Shown here: in pieces, positions 58,780 to 64,000 of the stretch
How positions within the stretch are numbered: position 1 is the first letter of the stretch
How the letters are laid out: each line of letters opens with the position of its first letter
NCBI RefSeq assembly: GCF_048593235.1
Contig: NC_133620.1
Span: forward strand, 353,925,261-353,989,260
Length of the DNA: 64,000 nt
Origin: Sminthopsis crassicaudata
Taxonomy: Eukaryota
Direction: 5' to 3'
The notes under the pieces: model-generated
Told to the model about the DNA's origin: nothing
Databases searched by the model: none
The model's input: only the letters and a program-made list of their open reading frames with translations
Made by a program: the position numbers and the translations under genes

Positions 58780-59492
58780 CCGGATTAAGGTGAATGAAAG
58801 AGGACGAGACGAGAGCGATTACTCAACGCGCACCGGGAGATTGGCACCTGGGCGAGCATCCCGGGGCCCTGAGGTAGCCCGCCCCGGCCCGAGGCATGCA
58901 CCTGCTGGCTTCCACTGACAGCCCAGGACCTGGCCCGCAGTATTGACGTCATTGGCACACGACAGCGCGCTGGCGCCCGGCCTCCCCCAGAGATGTGAAG
59001 ACGGCCGAAGATGCCCGGGCCCCCCTGGCCTCCCTCATTAGCCACATAATGCTCTGGGGCGCAGAGGAGGAAGGCGCTATCTCTCGTTAGCCTCCCAGGT
59101 CGCCCCTGACTCCAACTGTTTACTCGGAGCACGTCCGGCGACTACCGACGAGAGAAACCACAACTGCTTGGCCTCCTGCCCCAGCCGGCGCCGCGCGTTA
59201 GGGCACGCGTGCGTAAGAGCGCGCGCCAGGCACGTGCCGCCCGAGAGCCTGCCGGCGATTGGCTGTGACGCGACTTCCGCTGTAAGCGGCGGAAGCCGGG
59301 CGGGCAAGCGAGTGAGCGAGCAGGGAGGCAGGCAGGAAGGCAGGCAGGCGCCCGGGAGGCAGGCAGCGAGGAAGCGAGGGAGCCAGACAGGCCGGCGGAG
59401 GCCCGAAGGAAGCCGAAGCCTGCCCCCGTGCCCAGGTCCTCCGGTTTCCCGTCCCGGAGCCCCCAGCGGAGCGGACGCGGCCCGCCCCGGCC
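58780..59492 (+). promoter_or_regulatory. PSME3 CpG-island promoter / 5' UTR
   Basis: CACGTG (59231-59236), ATTGG (59258-59262), TGACG, inverted ETS pair ACTTCCGC (59273-59280) and GCGGAAG (about 59288-59294). Confidence 0.75.
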
Positions 59493-62400
59493 ATGGCCTC
59501 GCTGCTGAAGGTGGATCAGGAAGTGAAGCTCAAGGTAGCAGCCCCCGCCTCCTCCCCGCGACCCCGCCGGGCCGGTTCCTGACCCAGCGGCGGCCGCCTT
59601 TGTCTCCCGGGGGGACTTCCGATCCCGTCGCCCCCTCCCCCTGCCCCGGGCCCGCCCATCCTGCTAGCAGCCCCGGTTGGCTGTCGGCTCTTCCTGGAGG
59701 CGGGCGGAGCGTCGCTTCTCCCGGGGATGCTATTATTCCGGGGCCGCTGCAGTTTGTACCGGCGCCGGGCTCAGGGAGGAGAGGGGGAAGGCGCTGACGG
59801 ACACGTGTTGGGCCGGGTTCAGATGGCAAGCCGCAGCGAAAACCAACCTTCCCTTTATCGATTGTGCGGCGCCAGCCCCTTCCCCCTCCGGGGGCCAGCC
59901 TCCCCCAGGGGCTGGGGGTTGCCCTCGCATCGTCACTGAGGGTTGGGGGGTGCGTTTGTGAGATCACAGCCCCCAAGTCTCCACTCTCCTACTACCCCCT
60001 TATCCCTGGGAGCAAGCTGACATAGGGAGGGAGGAAAAACCGACGAGTGTTGGCCCCTATTCCGTGGGTACCACCCCCAAGATGGAAAAATGGATCCTCA
60101 AAAAAATAAAATACTTAGAATCTGGGGGTCTCTCGTCTTCTCATTACAACTACAAGGTGAGCAGAGGTTCAGCCACAGTGTTGTGGTGTGTGTTTGTGGG
60201 GTTTGGGGTCTTTTGTTTTGTTGCTTCTGAGAACACCCGTTCCCCCTGCTCCCGGACCCTGGAAGAAGTTCTGATGTGTGTTCTTGCCTTTTGCAGGTTG
60301 ATTCTTTCAGGGAGCGGATCACAAGTGAGGTGAGTGATGTAGGGATGCTGCTTGTTGGGTGGGAAGAGAAGACTGACTTAGTTGGGGATACCCAAAAGAG
60401 GTCACCTGGGGAGTGTGTAGATTGGATGCTAAGAGCCCTCAGCAAGCAGTAAGTCAACTTCACTGTGTCCCTTTCAGGCAGAAGACTTGGTGGCAAATTT
60501 TTTCCCAAAGAAGTTGTTAGAACTTGATAGTTTTTTGAAGGTGAGAGATACTTCCTTTCCCTCCCTTCCCTTCTCTAGCTACCTTTATCCCCAGTTCCCT
60601 CAGGATGCTGGACTCCATAGCAAATTGGAATTGTCTGCTTTGTGTTTGATTCTAGCACATACATTTTCCTTCCTTGCACCTCAAAAAAGAATTCTTATTC
60701 CTTTTCTTTTAACATTGAAGTCATTTCCAGATATAATTGTACCTCTGTTCCCCTGAGTCCTTCCTTATAATGAAGAAAAATAATTAAGCACAAGCAGCTA
60801 GCAGTGACCACGTCTGACAGTGACATTCCATACCCATAGCCCCTCACCTTTCCACTTAAATCATCTTTACACTTCTGTTTAACTTAGAAACATATTTTTT
60901 CCTCCTTCCAGGAGCCTATCTTAAACATCCATGATTTAACCCAGATCCACTCAGACATGAATCTCCCTGTCCCTGATCCTATCCTTCTTACCAATAGCCA
61001 CGACGGATTGGATGGTGTAAGTTTCTCTTTACTACTCTCTGTTGTTGATCTATAGATGCACCTGAACCAGAGTTCTGTTTGTATTAAAGACCTGTTTCAG
61101 GGACTAGGAGCCACTTTCTGAGAGTTTAGCATAATCCATCTTGTTTCTGTATTTGTAATATGAGAAGACTCTTAACTATCCTGTTCCTAAAGCTGTTGTG
61201 ACATCCAACAGTACTGAAATCAACATACGCATTCTCTAGAGGTTATAGGATATCTGGGCCTGGGTAAGACCTTTTTTTTTTTTTTTTTTTTTACCAGTTG
61301 GTATTTCATATTCTGTCAAAGATTAGGAAGTTGTTGCTGTCTAAGCTCACCCTTCCTTCTGACTTGTATTTTTGAATATAAAAACTTGATAATATGTGTG
61401 ATGCACTTTGCAAATCTGAAAAGAGGCACTGTGTAACTATCAGCTATTTATAGAACTAGTATAGGTCTAAAGCAAGAATACCCGAATAAATTCAACACCC
61501 CCATTGATCATTTCTTTGTTTAGTGTTCATTAGCATTTATTTATATGAAGTCAATATCAAATCATCTCTATCATTTGCTTAATGAGTCTAGTCTTTTCAA
61601 TTAAATTATTTCTTGAGAACAGATTGTTTACTTGTCTTTATCTGGGGTATTTTAGCACAGTGCCATTGACATAGGCACATAAATGTTTATTGAATTGAAT
61701 GGAATCAACAATGAGGGACTTTCAATTTAGGTTTCAGGACTCTATGGGAAGAATAGGGTAAAGTAATTTAAAAATTGATGTCTTTGAGGAGGATAACACT
61801 TAACCTCTGCATGTCCTTAGCCCACTTTGAAGAAGAGGAAGTTGGATGAATGTGAGGAGGCCTTCCAGGGTGAGCACTATCTCTTTCCCCAAATCTATTC
61901 CTGTAAGCCCCATCTTGGTTGATTGGTATCCAGAATGCTACAGTCTGATTGTATTTTCTAGAATTGAATGAATCTGAATTTAGAATTCTGAGCCACACAA
62001 AAACTGCTTTTCATTGAGGCAAGGGAAGTCCTGACCTGACTTTAGGGTCAAGTTGTTGGGGGAAGTCCAGGGGTTGTGTGGGTGAGAATGTTGAGGAAAA
62101 TAAGGGTGGCTTATGAGGCTTTGGGAAGAAGAGAGAGAAAAATGTCTATACCTGTTCTAGACCAAAAAAAATTTTTTTATTTCCTTTCCTACCAGGTACC
62201 AAGGTGTTTGTGATGCCTAATGGGATGTTAAAAAGCAACCAGCAGCTGGTGGACATTATTGAAAAGGTGAAACCTGAAATCCGGCTATTGATCGAGAAAT
62301 GCAATACGGTAAGGCCAGAGTGGAAATGAAAATCATGGTGGATGGGGAAAAGTCTTAATGGGAAGAGGAAAGTGGTTTTGTATTTACTTATTTTTATTTT

Positions 62401-63697
62401 TGTGGTAGAAGGTCAGTTTCTTGCTTCTCTGCCAAGTTTGTGTTTAGTGATTCTTTTCCTTTCTTCCTTCACACAGTAGTAGTTTTCACATAAGTAATGT
62501 TCTCATGTTGCTCTGTTCTCTTTCCAGGTCAAAATGTGGGTTCAGCTCCTTATCCCCAGGATAGAAGATGGGAATAACTTTGGTGTATCCATCCAGGTAA
62601 TGCCTTCCGATTAGATGATAAACTAAAGGATATGATCTCAAGGAGTTTATTTCATTTAGTGCAGAAATTTGGTGATCTTTACATCTGTACCTGACATGAC
62701 TTAATACACTTTTGCAAAATACAGGTGTTTGGTTGATTGATAAAATCCTTAAATGAACATCTACTTATGTAGTCAAGCATTTTCTCATCTGCCTTTTTTG
62801 GGACTTATTAGCTGGTATCCTTTGGGGTGTCAGTAGGAATGGATTTGCTTTCACACATCCACCCTTTAATCCCTCATAGGAGGAGACTGTTGCAGAACTA
62901 AGGACTGTGGAGAGTGAAGCTGCATCTTATCTGGACCAGATTTCTAGGTAGGACTGTTGGGGACTGGCCCAGGGGACTGTGGGGGGAATAGGGTCAATTT
63001 TTGATTTCTCCTCATACTTGCTCTTTCCTCTTTTTTTTTCTTCCAGATATTACATTACAAGAGCCAAATTGGTTTCTAAAATAGCCAAATATCCCCATGT
63101 GGTAAGTGAGAAAATTTTGTTGGGTGGAGGTTGAGAAGTATGAAATTGGAGAAAAGCCTTGAATAAGCCCACCCTCCTCCTGGTCCTGAAAAACAGCCAC
63201 TCCTTTTTCCTTTCCCTTTTCTTTCCTTGTTTTCCCATTCTTCAGGAAGACTATCGACGCACAGTGACAGAGATTGATGAGAAAGAATATATCAGCCTTC
63301 GGCTCATCATATCAGAACTGAGGAACCAATACGTGAGTGACCCCTTTACTACATAAGTCTCCATTTGCCCTGGCTTCTCTAAGCACTCATTTCCAGAGAA
63401 TGGGGGTGGGGGGTAGGGGTAGGGGTGGTGGCGGTGGCAGGCTTAGGGTTAGGGTTAGATTCTGATTCTCATCTGAGAGCTCAGGGCCATAAAGTTGGTG
63501 CTTGATATCCAGTGATCCCATCTCCTGACCTGAAAACTGTTTGAAGTCCCTATGCCTAGGTTGGATGAGAGCCAGGTGGGTGATTTTCCTTCCCCCTCCC
63601 CCAACCTCTCTCTCAGGTCACTTTACATGACATGATCCTGAAAAACATTGAGAAGATCAAGCGGCCCCGGAGCAGCAATGCAGAGACGCTGTACTGA
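59493..63697 (+). CDS. PSME3: Proteasome activator PA28-gamma, 11 exons, 254 aa
   Basis: Exons 59493-59534, 60297-60329, 60478-60540, 60912-61016, 61821-61869, 62196-62308, 62528-62596, 62880-62947, 63047-63101, 63246-63332, 63617-63697. MASLLKVDQEVKLK, NLS KKRK, IPRIEDGNNFGV, KRPRSSNAETLY*. Confidence 0.97.
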
Positions 63698-63702
63698 GGC
63701 CA

Positions 63703-63853
63703 NNNNNNNNNNNNNNNNNNNNNNNNNNNNNNNNNNNNNNNNNNNNNNNNNNNNNNNNNNNNNNNNNNNNNNNNNNNNNNNNNNNNNNNNNNNNNNNNNN
63801 NNNNNNNNNNNNNNNNNNNNNNNNNNNNNNNNNNNNNNNNNNNNNNNNNNNNN
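63703..63853. other. Assembly gap (N run) in PSME3 3' UTR
   Basis: 151 N starting 5 nt after the stop codon. Confidence 0.99.
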
Positions 63854-64000
63854 CTGTGACGTGTTTACCTCTTATTTCAGGCCTCAGGAACTCTCCTACC
63901 CTAGTGCCCATTCCCAACTTGCCCTGTCAAGACTCGTTTCTGGAGTGTTTGCATATGTGTGTTCATGCACACATGCACTTTCTCTTGAACTCTTTCCCTC

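Noticed and set aside
59168-59797. 209-aa ORF across the PSME3 promoter and exon 1
   Set aside because: Starts at TTG, is out of frame with PSME3, and lies in a CpG island; no domain.
61782-61820. Upstream alternative acceptor giving a longer PA28-gamma isoform
   Set aside because: No AG at the position 39 nt upstream that would give a 13-residue extension.

Overview
Mammalian genomic DNA, most likely marsupial and probably dasyurid, judged from RTE LINE, Mar1-like and WSINE1-like SINEs and the L1 3' end types; the species is not determinable here. The gene order matches the human 17q21 block. I traced seven intact multi-exon genes by hand, each with a continuous reading frame: RAMP2 (+, 181 aa), VPS25 (+, 176 aa), WNK4 (+, about 1269 aa), COA3 (-, 105 aa), CNTD1 (+, 331 aa), BECN1 (-, 448 aa) and PSME3 (+, 254 aa). 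The left end holds the 5' half of a decayed betaretrovirus-like ERV on the minus strand: LTR, tRNA-Lys PBS, gag, a -1 frameshift signal with pseudoknot, a catalytically degenerate dUTPase-like domain and the start of protease. I found no new biological system. The most interesting items are the ERV recoding cassette and pseudo-dUTPase, two probable minor-spliceosome (U12) introns, a GC-AG intron inside the BECN1 BH3 coding region, a tiny L1 insertion with a fold-back junction, a candidate solo LTR antisense to RAMP2, and an expanded WNK4 exon 14. There are two N gaps (58155-58333, 63703-63853). Repeat family names come from pattern recognition, not a database search, and repeat boundaries are approximate.
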